Positions 13,534 through 27,700 of a DNA stretch of 64,000 nucleotides are shown piece by piece. Positions within the stretch are counted from its first letter, which is position 1. Each line of letters starts with the position of its first letter. This DNA comes from Octopus vulgaris (Eukaryota). Where the stretch lies: NCBI GenBank assembly GCA_951406725.2, contig OX597816.1:93000001-93064000 (forward strand), read 5' to 3'. The position numbers were made by a program, and so were the translations under genes. A model generated the notes under the pieces. The model was not told the origin of the DNA and did no database searches. It was given only the letters and a program-made list of their open reading frames with translations.

Positions 13534-13910
13534 TGGCACTTCCTCGGTTACAACGACAAGGGTTCCAGTTGATCCGATCAATGGAACAGCCTGCTCGTGA
13601 AATTAACGCACAAGTGGCTGAGCACGCCACAGACACGTGTACCCTTAACGTAGTTCTCGGGGAGATTCAGCGTGATAAAGAGTGTGACAAGGCTGGCCCT
13701 TTGAAATACACGTACAACAGAAACAGGAAGAAACAGTGAAAGTTGTGGTGAAAGAGTACAGCAGGGTTCGCCACCACCCTCTGCTGGAGCCACGTGGAGT
13801 TTTAGGCGTTTTCACTCAATAAACACTCACAAAGTCCGGTCTGGGAATCGAAACCGCGATCCTACGACCGCGTGTCTGCTGCTCCAACCACTGGGCCATT
13901 GCACCTCCGC
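13533..13910 (-). mobile_element. tRNA-derived SINE (family A-related, different middle)
   Basis: Reverse complement has tRNA head tggcccagtggttgg...ggtttcgattccc; 3' part shared with 3925-4092; inserted in (TA)n/(CA)n. Confidence 0.85.
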
Positions 13911-13912
13911 AC

Positions 13913-13962
<50 letters not shown>

Positions 13963-13963
<1 letters not shown>

Positions 13964-15435
13964 AAGAAGGAACTCTACAAATCCTACAAGCTGACACCAA
14001 TATCCGCCCTTGACGACATCAACACCAACCATTACAAACTTCTGAATAAATTACACGTGGATGACCGCACAGAACCATACTGCCCTACACCTCCACGCTT
14101 CAACCTCAAAGATCATAAGAAGGGCTTTATAACCAAACCATCGATGCGCCTCATATGCCCCAGCAAATCCGACCTGGGAAGAATCAGCAAAATTATTTTG
14201 GACAAAATAATACCAATCGTCAAGGAGTGATTAAATTTATGGTCCAGTACAGGTGAAGTTATAACGTGGTTCCGTTTCTTAAACAACAAAACTCTTATTC
14301 TTTCCTAAAATTCGATATAAATAATTACTACTCTTCTATTTCTACCAAATTTATTAATCAAGCTCTCCTTCTAGCTCGGAATCTAACTAACCTTACCCCA
14401 CTAGAAATTAACATAATCCTTAGTGACCGTAAAACCCATATTTCTTTTGAGGACAAACTCTGGTACCGGGCCAATCACCATAACAATACCAATTTCCATA
14501 ACAACTTAGTTGACATTAACATGGGATCATCCTACACCGCCCAGGTCACCGACCCCGTTGGACTATACATACTCCACCAGCCCCAAATACATTTCCCTAG
14601 CCTTAAGGCTGGCCTCTACAGAGATGACGCCTTGCTAGTTACCAAGAGCGTAAATAATTCCTCTTTAGAACGAGCTAGAAAAGTTTTACACAGATTTTTC
14701 TTTAGCTTAAACCTGTCTATTACTTTTTGAAAATTACCACAAAACTACTAACTTTTTAGACGTAACTTTAAACTTAGAAACCTCCCAATACTCCCCTTAT
14801 CACAAACGTAACCAAGACATTAAATAGTTAAACATTCATTCTAATCACCAGAAATCCACCTTTGATAATATAGTCAAGGGTATTTCGATCCGTATATCTA
14901 ACCTCTCTTCCACTGCGGAAATATTTAATAACTATGCACCATATTACAATCAACCGCTCGCTTCCAGCAGCTTCTCCCAACAAATAATCTCTAATGCTAG
15001 GTTCAAGCAACGTATATCTCAAATCACATCACAACGACACACCAACCACCAGAATCACAACAGACCACACATACACTATGCTATAACCCCAGGAGAACCC
15101 GCATGAAGACAACCTAGACCCCACACGCACACCTATAACACTAGGTCAAAAGCTAAAACAACTAACAACAACGGCCATGCTACCCCACTCCATTTTCCAA
15201 AAATATAGATTGTTCTACCCCTAAGCACCCCCAAAAGTGGTTGACGCTTTATCTTGTGGTGTACACCCCCTTCTCACTAAACGTTAAAAACTTAGCTAAA
15301 TCCTTCTTTAATATACTGGACTCCAACTTCCCTCAGCAACATAAATATTACTCTATCTTTAATGGATTTACCCTGAAGCTAACCTATTCTACCCCACCCA
15401 ACTTCTGGTCTATCATAGCAGCCTCTTATTAACAA
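13963..15435 (+). mobile_element. Decayed Penelope-like retroelement RT, Naiad/Chlamys-type
   Basis: Translation across frameshifts: LKDHK..RLICPSKSDLGRISKIILDKI, VITWF, FLKFDINNYYSSIS, MGSSYTAQVTDPVGLYIL, GLYRDDAL, NFLDVTLNL, HSNH, PFSLNV..FNILDSNFPQQHKYYSIFN..LKLTYSTPPN. Confidence 0.85.
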
Positions 15436-17402
15436 AAGCTTTCTCTCTACTATCAAAATTCACTCTATAACAACTCTGAATACACGAGCGCCCAACATCT
15501 ACACAGCTCCTGCATTGAACCTCATACGTTAGACCACAATCATAACCCAACCTATCCTATTAACACTATCCAGAATACTACCACAACTTCCACCACCGTT
15601 ACAGATAGAATAATTAACAACAACGATAGCAATAATAACAATGATAGTAATAATAATACTAATAACTTAGACCTTTCCACTCCCATCTATAACCTCTCCT
15701 CTGACAGTATTACCTCCTCCATTTCTGAAAATCGACTTTAACCTTTCTCAAAATATGCTGTATTTTGCTATTGTTAGAAATTACATTACCAGAATGCTTC
15801 ATTTACATATAAGAGAATGAAGTTGATCAGAAACAAATTATAAAATAAAATATGCGATACGTGACTTCACATAATATCATGGTGATCAACCCATAGACGG
15901 ACAAATAAGAAGAGGGCTGCAGATTATGCACGGTTTACTTAAGCAAAGTAGCTTTATAATATTTCTTTGACTTACATATTGCAAACTTTCCACTGGAAAA
16001 AGTTACCTTGCTAGACTGGAGTTTCTCATTGTAATATTACAAAAATTGCGCCCATTACGCAGTGGAAATTCCAAGTGTGCAGAGTATTTCACAAGCAGAT
16101 ATGTTCGAAATGACAGGCTGTTTATACGTGATAGCATATACTTTGTTGTAACTTGCCTGATCAACAGAAGTAACCAAGTAGAGCGAAGTAATATTAAAGA
16201 GTATTGTGATGTGTTATTAAGAAATACAGTTTTTATCTAAAGTTTTAGACAGGAAGGGTAGTACCCATAACACTTCATAGGGCACTCGATACTGGTATTA
16301 CGGATGGGAGGACTGTTTTCCCAAATCGGAGACTTCGCCTAAACTTTTCCAAAAAAGTAGAGTCTTCTGCTAAAGGAATCAAAACCCAGGTAATAACATT
16401 AAAATGAGAAGCATTAAGTTTACTTAGTTTATTATTCAGTAAGGTTACTGCGGAACTTGAGCTCAGGACGTAAAATTTCAGAACAAACTTCGCAAAGTGC
16501 CTCCTTCAAAGTGCCTCTCGAGCTCAGATACGGCATGTAAACCTTAAGTTACCATCCATGGTTCAGGCTATAAATGCTCACCTAACTGCAAATACAAACC
16601 TATATGGCAATTTATCCAAACATGCTGTTGGCTGCACAGGCTAATACAATAGTAACAAAAGCGTTATAAAGCTTAGTAACCGCGGCTGAATAGATTAAGA
16701 ACAGCAACAAAAATAACAACAACAACAAAGAACAGCAATTTCACCGCCATCGTAACCATTGAGACTGCCATCACCACCAACTATATCAACAACATAAAGA
16801 CTAATGATTTGCCTAAATATGATTGTAAGATATTGATATCAACAAGAAAGGCTCAACTAACCATGATAGGAGCACAATAGGAAAGACTTATCTACAATCT
16901 ACTTCCTTCATTATGTATTCATCAGTCAGAGAAAAAAAGTGAAACTGATTACATTTTATGATTAAGATATATTTTTCAGATATATATCTTAAAAATTAAT
17001 TGAACCCAAGTAAACAGATATATATCTTTTCATCTCATTTCTTTCTCCGTCTCTCCTAACTCTCATACACTCACACATTCACTCACACACACACACACTC
17101 TCTCTCTCTCTCTGTCTCTTTCTTTCTCTCTCTAATTCTATCTATTTATCTATCTAAGTAACATCGTAGTGAATGGGTGTGATAAATGCTGCTTCATATA
17201 AAGATTCGTGAGTTCAAATGCAGTTCAAGCACATGTACATCAATATACCTCAGGGGTTTGATTACAGATGGAATCTCAACTTTTTGAAACATCATGTTTT
17301 ACAAAACTTTTTGAACTGGTGTTTAACAATTTCAAAAACGTTCAATACTAAGAGCTCTTATATGTGCGTCTAGATGCGCGCGTAAATAGTGCTTGTGTGC
17401 GT

Positions 17403-17439
17403 AAGTATACACACACACATATATATGTATGTACGTACG

Positions 17440-17531
<92 letters not shown>

Positions 17532-17745
17532 TATATATGAGTATACACACACACATATATATGTATGTACGTACGTATATATATATATGAATATATATGA
17601 GTATACACACACACATATATATGTATGTACGTACGTATATATATATATATGAATATATATGAGTATACACACACACATATATATGTATGTACGTACGTAT
17701 ATATATATATATATATGAATATATATGAGTATAGACATACATACA
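17403..17745. repeat. Compound minisatellite, about 4 units built from (CA)n/(TA)n/gtac
   Basis: Unit gagtatacacacacacatatatatgtatgtacgtacg(ta)n-gaatatatat repeated with variable TA length. Confidence 0.9.
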
Positions 17746-17786
17746 TGTATAATTTTAAAATAGTTTAATTCGATTCTGTGCAACTT

Positions 17787-17885
17787 CAGGTTTCGCAGGC
17801 CCCTAACAGGAGCCCGACACTTTGAGGCTTTGGTTTGCCAATTGAATTTGGATTTCGGAATGCTGACTGGGGCCTATGAAAACTG
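17787..17885. mobile_element. Tiny MITE-like element
   Basis: Terminal inverted repeat caggtttcgcaggcccc / ggggcctatgaaaactg; no TSD seen. Confidence 0.35.
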
Positions 17886-17968
17886 TTTTCAAATAATACA
17901 TGTAACTCCTATTAAATATGTTGAATGTCCCTTTCTCTCATTAGTCCACTAGTATATATAGTCCACTA

Positions 17969-18031
<63 letters not shown>

Positions 18032-18084
18032 TAGATAGATAGATAGATACATATATGCGTGTATGTATATATATATGTATACAT

Positions 18085-18126
<42 letters not shown>

Positions 18127-18127
18127 G

Positions 18128-19830
18128 TTAGACCAGTAGCCACAACCGACACCCTACATGTCACACCAGTATTCTTGCTGAACATCAAGGGCCTTGTAAC
18201 ATCCCAACAACGCAAAATAGTATCTGACCGACGTAGTGGCATGTAATCAAGCAATATGTGTGTCACTAACAGAAACACATCTGAATATGGACACATCAAA
18301 TGCTGAGATACACACACCAGGGTATGTTGTGTTTCGAACTGACAGGAGAAAAAGGACTGATGGTGGGGTGACAATGTACATCCGGGAAGAGGTCACACCT
18401 GTAGTCCTGCTGTCACACTCAAATTCAATCTATGACACTGGTGGTACACATTAAACAGATGGAATTAATTATATGTACCATGTATCGCCCACCAGATGAT
18501 CCAAATCATGGGGATTCATTTGAAGAGAATCTCCAAGAAATGAAAGAAGAATTTACCAACCTGGGTGAGAGCCGGCACATACCTCTTTTAGGGGATTTCA
18601 ACCTCCGTTACGTCAAATGGCCTGAAGGCCACATTCTCTCAGGTATGTCACTGCATGGCCTGAAGCATACAGAATCTCTACTTGAGCTCACTAACATGCT
18701 CTTTATGGAGCAAATAGTGCTCCACCTAACAAGGGGTAAATGTCCTGGACCTCTATTTCACAAACAACACGGTGCTCATCCATAATGTTGGTGTGACATC
18801 GATGATTTTCTCGGACCATAACTTAAAACTAACGATGTCTTGTCTGCATAAGACTACAGACATGCAGGCTACGGGAAGCACAGAACTCCTCAGCAGCCTG
18901 AATTTTCACAAAGCTGATTGGAAGGGTATCATGAAAGAGGTCATGGGACATAACTGGTGTGTCAGTTTCTCTACAGAAGAGGTTGACATAAAACTACAAC
19001 ACTTTATGACAATCATGCATGACGTCTGCAGTAAGTTTGCTCCAGAGAGAATACCAAGCCAGCAGAAAAATATAATACCCAGGGATAGGAGGATCCTAAT
19101 GAGACGAGAGCAAAAATCTCAACTCGTCTAAAGGGGCCACCAAAGGCTAACAAGCAATTCTATTTCAAACGAACATTGCTCGAGATCGAAAATTAACTCA
19201 AACGCTTCCATGAAAAGGAGAGAGCAGAAAAGCAGGCCAGGGCTGTCAAAAATATTAAGACAAACTCTAAAGCCTTTTATAGATATGCAAAAGAAGCTGT
19301 TCAGTACGGTACAAAAGTGGGCCACTACTTGAAGAAAATGTCCCTCCGACTGCAGACCTCCAGAGGATCAGTGAAATACCGAATGTGCAATACAAGAGCG
19401 TTTTCACAACTCCACAGGGACCCTTGTAAGTAGCTATGTCAGATGCGTGCTTTGGCTCTACAGATCTACAACTATATAGCAATTATTGACAATATCAACA
19501 TAGAGGAAACTGATGTGATATTAGCCATTGATGAGATGAGCTCAAACTCAGCAACAGGACCTGACGGATTCCCAGCAATCCCCATAAAGAAATGCAAAGA
19601 GACTCTAGCTAGACCACTTCAGATTCTCTTTCAGAGCTTCCTCACAACAGGGAGACTTCCAAAAAGGTTAAAGGAAGGCATTATATGCCCTGTCCATAAG
19701 GGAGGTAGCAGATAGACGCTAAGAATTATAGACCTGTCTCTCTAACTTCCCATGTCAGCAAATTCATGGAGATCACTGGCAGGAAGAAAATAATTGCGTT
19801 CCTTGAAGATAATGACTTGCTTCCTACCAC
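18128..19830 (+). mobile_element. Decayed LINE ORF2: APE endonuclease, linker and start of RT (CR1/L2-group-like)
   Basis: LLNIKGL, SLTETHL, GYVVFRTDR..DGGV, YRPP, LLGDFN, SDHN, NFHKADW, KAFYRYAK, ATGPDGFP, PVHKGG, NYRPVSLTS. Multiple frameshifts; ends before the RT core. Confidence 0.9.
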
Positions 19831-20206
19831 ACCCACACTGCTAGGCTGCATCGGACATTGCCGCCTTTCCCTTGAGCAACATCAGTGACATGGCAAAGGA
19901 AAATCTTCATGCGTGGGCAATTGCTGGTCTTTTCACCGGCCTATGGCATGATGACAATTTTTCAGACTTGATCCGTAGTTTCATGAGACACATACGGTGG
20001 TACGAGATAAAAAGACGTCCGTAGAATCTTCAATAAATCTAATGCAAATGGCTTGTAAGTGCCAATGGTTTCATGGAATAAATGCATGAGACATGCATTT
20101 CTCACGAAATAAGACGCCAGATTCATATGTCATGTTACTCATTCCCGCTACTGCAAAGTAAACTGATGAGATATAAAAACAAAATGTACCACTCAAAAAC
20201 GGACTG

Positions 20207-20883
20207 AAATTCAGGAATGATCCGCAGACAGACAGGCAAATGATTTATACACTTAGCTAGTCCCTCTCAAAATTAATTCTTCAAATCTATAGGTATACGA
20301 ATGCCAGTCCTTTTTCTATTCCAATAATAGTTTTTGTGATGAGTGTATGGCTTCACTTAAAAAAAATTCTTCAGTGTCATTTTAACTCCTAACGATAGCT
20401 GCTGCTGTTTAGCCCGATGTTAGCCTTAACTGAACAAAACTTTGATAAGAGTGACAACTTGCTCCTCTCTCTCAATCATTGCATATCTAGGAGTGTAGCG
20501 TTCCTCAGTTTTCGAGTCAGTAGAGTGTAGTTTAAGAAATTTGGCAGCTATTTATTGTAAGTCGAAAGACTAAGTACTTTGTTCCTCTTTGACTTGCACC
20601 AATTTTGACTTATTTTGGTTCCTGACATTTATTTCTTTCAAAAAGGTATCACAAAAAATGGCTCGTGGAGTTATCTTCCAGAATTTATTACTTCTGGCTT
20701 CTAGAGCTCTTTAGATATAAACAGAAGAAAATATGGTATGAAAATTTTGAATGGTACTCTAGGTTTTTCGAATAACTCACTTTAAAAGGAAAGAAAAAAT
20801 TCAGGAATGATCTGTGGACAGACAGGCAAATGATTTATACACTTAGCTATTCTCTCTCAAAATTAATTCTCCAAGTCTATAGG
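20207..20883 (+). repeat. Pair of 87-bp direct repeats (20207-20293 and 20797-20883)
   Basis: aaattcaggaatgatc...gacagacaggcaaatgatttatacacttagcta...ctctcaaaattaattct..aa.tctatagg present twice. Confidence 0.9.
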
Positions 20884-22159
20884 CATATACTGATGACAGT
20901 ATAATTAGTAGATAAATTGGAGACATACAAGCATCAAAGTTGAAATGAAATCATTTCATAAGTCATGGCACAGCAAGATGTCGACTAAAATGATATTTTG
21001 AAAAAATTCAATGCAACAAATAAAACAGTATATTGATAAACGTATCTAGCTCTAAAAAAATTCGCTTTAGATACTGCAAAGCACCGGAGATTAGGTGTGT
21101 ACAGCAGCCAAAGATAATTAATTCTTCTCATAACAGTAGATTAAGTGCAACCTATCTGATGAAAACGTTGACATACATACTGAAGACATTTTACTATCGT
21201 TTGTTTGCTTCTGTTTCAATGTTTAATGTTTTTTAGTTTGCGTTATCAGATATGGAATTGGATAAGTTGTTCTAAAGTCACCAACATTCATATCAAGGTT
21301 AGATTTGAAAGTGTACTTATTTTGCAAGACGACTTACAAATTGAAACTATCAACTATCAGGAAAGGAAGTAAGCTATAGTCTCAAAGATAACAGAGATAA
21401 AATACATTAAAAAAAACATTCATGTAGTAAACAATTCTGGTTTGTAAAATATAATTAGAAATCTAAAAAAAATGGCAGATACTTCTCTTAAAAATGTATA
21501 TTTTGTAAGTGGCTTCTTTTCCTTCTTTAATTACAGTTTTATGCATTGTTTCAACATAATACAATTGTGAAATATCTTGGAGCATATCTTATTTAATGCA
21601 CGTATACATCTATTAGCCAATGTCATAGAAAAGAAAGATAAGGTCTGGGGAAGTCATTTATACAACTTAGTTTCTATTCCGGGCTGGAGTTATTATTTCA
21701 AAACAATTTGAAAACATATTTTCACAAGTAATGATGATAACAAGTCTTCATTATTGGACACAGGAGATCGAATAGATCCAAATTCAATAAAATGGAAAAG
21801 TGGTTAAACGGGAGACATACAAATACGCATGAGTCAGACAAGTTAAACAAATATGAAGGTAAGATGAAAGATGTGTACAGTGTTAACAAGTTAATTAAAA
21901 ACAACGTACTTGATTACATTGAATTGATAGAAAAAAAGCATGGGAGAACATACATTTTAAAAGTCTACTGGCATTGATCTCTCGACCTGTTTCTGGAAAT
22001 ATGAACGGGGCAATTTTTGTACGACGCCAAGATTACACCTAGTACCACCTCATGCTTCAGTACCATCTTAAGAACCTTCCTAACTTATTTTTATCATAGA
22101 TCTTATACCTTCTAGGTAGAAAGCTCTTAAATAGTTTTTACTGACACGTGTAACAACCT

Positions 22160-22490
22160 GAAGTCGCATGACTTGGGATCACAATCAAAAGATACTGGGT
22201 TTTGTTTCCGGACCGGACTACGTGTTGTGTTCTTGAGCAAGACACTTTATTTCACGTTGCTCCAGTTCACTCACTAGTAAAAATTAGTTACCACCTCACT
22301 GGCGTCAAGTTGTATCGGTCTTTGCTTTTTTCTTGGATAACATCGGTGGCGTGACATGGAGAAGGAAAGCTGGCACGCATGGGCAACTGCTGGTTTTCCA
22401 TAAACAATATTTCCCGGACTTGTTCCTCGGAGGGAAGCTTTCTAGGTACAATCCCATGGTCATTCATGACTGAAAATAATCTTTACTCTT
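22160..22490 (+). mobile_element. tRNA-derived SINE (CORE-like middle as in family A, different tail)
   Basis: gtgttgtgttcttgagcaagacactttatttcacgttgctccagttcactca matches 3845-3895; tail resembles the fragment at 19865-19935. Confidence 0.7.
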
Positions 22491-24639
22491 TATCCAGTAA
22501 TAGCTTAACCTGCTATCCTGGATACTGGATTTTAAGTCCTTGCCAAACTCTAAACTGATCACAAACTTCTGTATTGTTTTATCTTACAGAGCCAATAGTG
22601 TATGAATATCTATTTGACCCACCTCATATCTCTGAAAGGTGATAACTAACTAGAGGTCGAGATCGACGTTGTCACCGATGTCTTTGATGGTGACCATTGT
22701 ATTAGCTCCGTTCTCAGTTTTTAGATGATGCACAGAGTGTCATACGCTCTCCCTTTCCCAATAAAAGGGAATTATCTTAATGTATCTGCCAGCCTTATCT
22801 CCAACAAGGAAAGCACCTGAAGCTTTGGCATGGTATAAGCAATGACAGCTACCAATTAGATGGGCAACAGCAATAGCCCTGAAAACCTTAGCTGCTACTG
22901 CTGTTGCTGTACCCACCACTGCTGCTACTGTTACTGCTACTAATAACAATCCTACCTCCTATTCCTTTCACTAACAGCCGGCCATTACAGTGGTTAACTG
23001 CCACCGCAACAGTTAGCAGGAAATGAAATACAACATCATGTGAAATTCATAAAAAACACGTACTTTTCAGAGCTAATATCATGAAAGATTGATTCAATTT
23101 ATTTCAGTCAATTTTCTCTTTTGTTTCAGTATGACTAGATCATTTTTTAAGCGATTGAAACCGGTAGTTGCTTAGTTAAAGTGTAAATACTGTCTTAATT
23201 TTTCCATGATAAAGTTCTTAAAGTATTTTCTTCTTTTCCATTTTCCCCTTTATCACACATACACGGGCACGCACGCACGCAAGCACTCATATATATGTAA
23301 TATTATAATATTATACGCATATAACGCATCAAGAAAACTACTAGAATGTTGTCTTCGTTTTCATTTCAGCAGCATTCAGTCCTTTGAGTTTTTATTTGTA
23401 ACATTCATCTCTTTTCCGTATTATTTTTCGAATAAATTTCTTTGTGTCAAAATCGAAGCCTCATGTTGTATGTACTATTTATAATGGTCGGTATAGTTTC
23501 TCACAAGTACATTGATTTATCGACCAGTGAAGAACGTAAATAAAACCATTGCTAAATGATGTTTTGAAGGGGAGTTTTTTTTATCATGAAGTGAATTTCT
23601 AATTCTCCACAAGGTTAACAAAAGTTTGGATGTCCGTTGCTAGGATCATAAATTTAGTTACAGAAATGTGATTTATTTCGGTGGTTGTTTTCAGTTTTAT
23701 AGTTCAGTGATTAACAAATTAGTTCCATGTGTGGAAGACCGATATTACCAAAGTTACTTCTCTGAAGAATTGAAGAATTTGTATGTCTTTTCTTTCCTTC
23801 GCTACAGTCATTGTAATAAAGCTGTTGTTTTCAGTATTGATGTTATAGAATTAGTTTGAGACACGAGAACTTGCAGAAGTTCTCACAAGAGAAGCTAAAG
23901 CTATAATAAACAAATAACGATTGATATTTTTGTACAATTCTTAGTTCTGACATTTAGTACTTAGAAACTGTAAGTAGGAAATCAAAGAAGTGGAGACATT
24001 TTGGTAAAGACTTGTTTAAATATTTTTTATTGCCTAAGTATTTTCACTCTTTTGACATAAAATTGTAAACATAAGCACTCCTCCGCACACACACATACAC
24101 ATAAATGCACACCCTTTGCATACATCCAGACACATACACACCTATTTATGTGAGTGATTTTTTGTATGTAAGTATATAAGGAAATTCATGACAGTTGTTA
24201 CTAATACTATTTATGACAGGTGTTACTAACACTAGTGATCAAACAATAAACAATAATTGGGACCCACAGAAATTTCATGTTTTACAAACATTACAATTTC
24301 TATTTAAATACGTATAGCTCTTCATAGCATTGTTTCATAAAATTGACAATTTCGATAAGTCTTTGATTTTATTCCATTGTTAAGGTTGTTTAAAACATAA
24401 CACTGTTATGCTCTGTCGATTCAGTCAATCAGTTGTCCGGAGAGAATAATAAATAATAAAATATCAAATACTATGCTTCGCTTTATTGAGAAAAATTTAG
24501 TTTGATTCTGTTATTCAATCTGTTCATATAAAATAAATTGTCAAGGGTAGCTGAGAGCAAGACATAACGAGTTACGCAACCAGAGTGGCAGATTCATTTA
24601 TATTCTTGTGTATGTAATAAATAAAAATGGTAGCGACAA

Positions 24640-24661
24640 CTACTACGACGACGACGACGAC

Positions 24662-24720
<59 letters not shown>

Positions 24721-24785
24721 GGAGGAGGAGGAGGAGGAGGAGGAGGAGGAGGAGAAGGAGGAGGAGGAGGAGGAGGAGGACGATG
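24640..24785. repeat. (GAC)n(GAT)n(GAG)n compound microsatellite
   Basis: Direct read. Confidence 0.95.
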
Positions 24786-27700
24786 GCAAAGGCAACAGTG
24801 GACAGAATATGATGATAATGTAGGTGGCTAAATTAGCAATAATTTTATATTAGAAGGTGCTAAAAATTTTCATTCTAATGCTGAAGATTTTTAGTACATT
24901 CGTTTCGTTCGTCTCAAGCATAGTACCTCAATATACTTACTGTGAAATAAACCCTTCATTTATTATTAAACTAATCCAGAAGAGTTTGGGGTTTATTAGA
25001 TCTAAAGTGTAGTGAAAATGTCGTCATCTGTTTTTAACTTAAAATTCTAGCTCAGAGCTTTCCAACAGCAAAACTAATACATTTTCACATATAATCTATT
25101 TTTCATGCCTTTCTTACTGACGTCTCTGGAAATCCATATTTTACAATAATATGCTTGTAAAATATAAATTTCATAATCCAGAGAATTTTTTTTCTAAATA
25201 CAGAAGAGTTGCAACAAATGTTTATGTTATATACCCAGCCATCCTTTCCAGCACTGTTAAATTGTTAAATTATTAACTGGATTGATATTTTGTTTTATCA
25301 TTAGTAATTGTTGATCATCAGGATACTTCTAATCAAAAAGTGTTATCATCAAAGCGTTCCATCAGTGATCATCCCGTCAATTTCTTGGCATAACTAGAAT
25401 TGCGTAAGTTAATGTGTCTCTGTTTTCTTCAAACTTTAGGGTGGTATGTGTGTGAGATTTAACCGCTGTTACTAGCAAATCGAGCTATTGCATAAAGGTT
25501 CTCTTGTTGATTTACTTTTGTATTAATCGCTCATCCATGTTGCTTTTATTAGCCACAGCCTAGGCAGCAGCTATCAGCTCATTGATGAAGACATTTCATT
25601 TAAGGTAACCATGCTGTAGGCAACAGTATGTTAGCAGTATGAATCTGAAGTTTCAAATGTAAACTTCCTTTACAGCTTTGTCAGGTTTCAATGAAGAATT
25701 GTCATGTTCTGCATTGTTAATCAGCTTACCAATCTTCTCCACAACCTAACGGAAAGAAAGTCTACATCCTTCCAGCAATATCTTACTCATAACCCGAGGC
25801 TAGGAAAATTTTAAATAGCTGAAAATTATTAAAAAACAAAATTGGTTTTATTAGGTTTATAAGAAGGAATAAGTGTGAAACTTCAAATTATTTATTTGCT
25901 GTAGAAGTAGCATTCGTTGGTTTACAGAATGTAATTTTGAACTTAAAGGGACTCGGTAGTCAAATAGTTAAAGTAGTTGAATTACTAACTGGGAAAATAA
26001 AGCTACTATTCGTACTGCTTAGTGACTATGTAAAAATATTTAAGTTTCAAGCGCTAAGACTTTTAAATTACATATTTGATCTTTAGAATTATTTTTCCTT
26101 TTTTTTATTTTTTGTTTCAATCATTAAAATTTCTATTAGCAATCTATTATGTATCATGCGGGTGTTGTTTCAGAATCCAGCCTTTCCTAGTATCAGTCAT
26201 TAAACATCAAAATCCGCGAGGGACCTCTACGTGGTTGTTCGATTGTTAAAATGGTAACCAAATCTCCCTCAAATCTGGCCCTGCCGCATTATAAAAGATA
26301 TGAAATATTGTAGTCATAGATACATAAAATAACGGAATGTTTACGACTGGAAAGCCTTTGATCATAGATCCGACTTAACTATCAGGGTTGATATGGGGTT
26401 AAACAACATCAACGTCACAAAGTAAAAATGTCAGAAACATACCATCTATGTGTAGCATAGCTTTTCCATCACATACATAAAAAGATTCAGGTCATGATGA
26501 AGTAACATACAATTCCTTTTCTATCTTTTCTTGTCATCAACAAATATGCGACTCCATATATGGATTTGATAATGCATTCATTGACCTTTCAGAAGTTAGG
26601 GCGAGATTTTTCATAACACGTCCTGTTCTCTTCAATAATTGCAAAGTAAAACTAATATTAGTCACCAACTAATATATTCCTAGCCACTTATTTGATTTTA
26701 CTTAAATTTCTTGTTAATGTTTCAAACATCAAAATACTTTCACCTACTGAAACTCTAGCCCGTTGATTTCACGATTAAATTGGAAAAAAAGGTAGATATA
26801 TAAGTGTACAGTCTAGTATTCCAAATGTCGGTACTAGCACTGGCGCTTTGAGAGCATTTTGCCTTATTGAATGCAAACAGCTCAAACATAACTTTTGAAA
26901 TCTGCTGAAAAATTCCTTTCCATCAATTCCGAAATACTCGTATCAGTCGTCATTGGAGATAGGAGAGATGGATAGTTCATTAATATCCATATTTCTCGTC
27001 TGGTTAGCAATTTTTCCTCGACTGACAATGAACACTTATCTAACCAAACTCCACTAATTTATCATAGGAGACTGCTGTGGCCAGTTCTAATTTCTCGTGA
27101 TGTCGCGAGTAATACTTGGACAACGTTTAAGGTCTACTACAAATAAATAAATAAATAAATAAATAAATAAAAAGTGAGAGACTGACATTGTTTCTCTCTT
27201 GTGTGAGTCCTAACATGTAGCTTTGTCATTTCCTCAACAAGTCTGACGCGGAATTCACGGCCAGGGCGGGCAGCATTATCTGTTGACAATCTGTTTGCAA
27301 TTTCAGTAACTGTTACATTTCTTATCGAAATCTCTTTGGACCATGTCGTAATTAATCTTAAAAATGTCATCCACTATTTCAGATAGAATCCTAGCAAGGC
27401 ATAAGGACTCCAGCACCAGTGAATGAGGGATGTTTTCAAATGTCTTCTTATTGCCTAGCCATGCCGTCAAGAGATTTTGGCGAAGTTGTTTTGCTTACTT
27501 CAGGACAAATTTGTTGAAACTGTTCAGCTCTGCCCCACGTCTTTCTCTTTCCCGCTACCTGCTCATCAGTCACCATGTCATTTGTTTCGCTGTAATTCTG
27601 GAGAAACACATAAAAGCAACTTGTGTAATAGTTTATAAAAAATAACACTTTAGCATCCTGCATGCCTGTAACTTTTAGCCATTTGTATCTCTTGGTCCTT

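Noticed and set aside
17332-17783. Long YI/CV-rich ORFs (also near 13.4k, 36.1k, 38.2k, 40.8k and 56.3k)
   Set aside because: Dinucleotide repeats lacking stop codons
24608-24823. Acidic D/E ORF
   Set aside because: Pure trinucleotide repeats with no flanking coding signal
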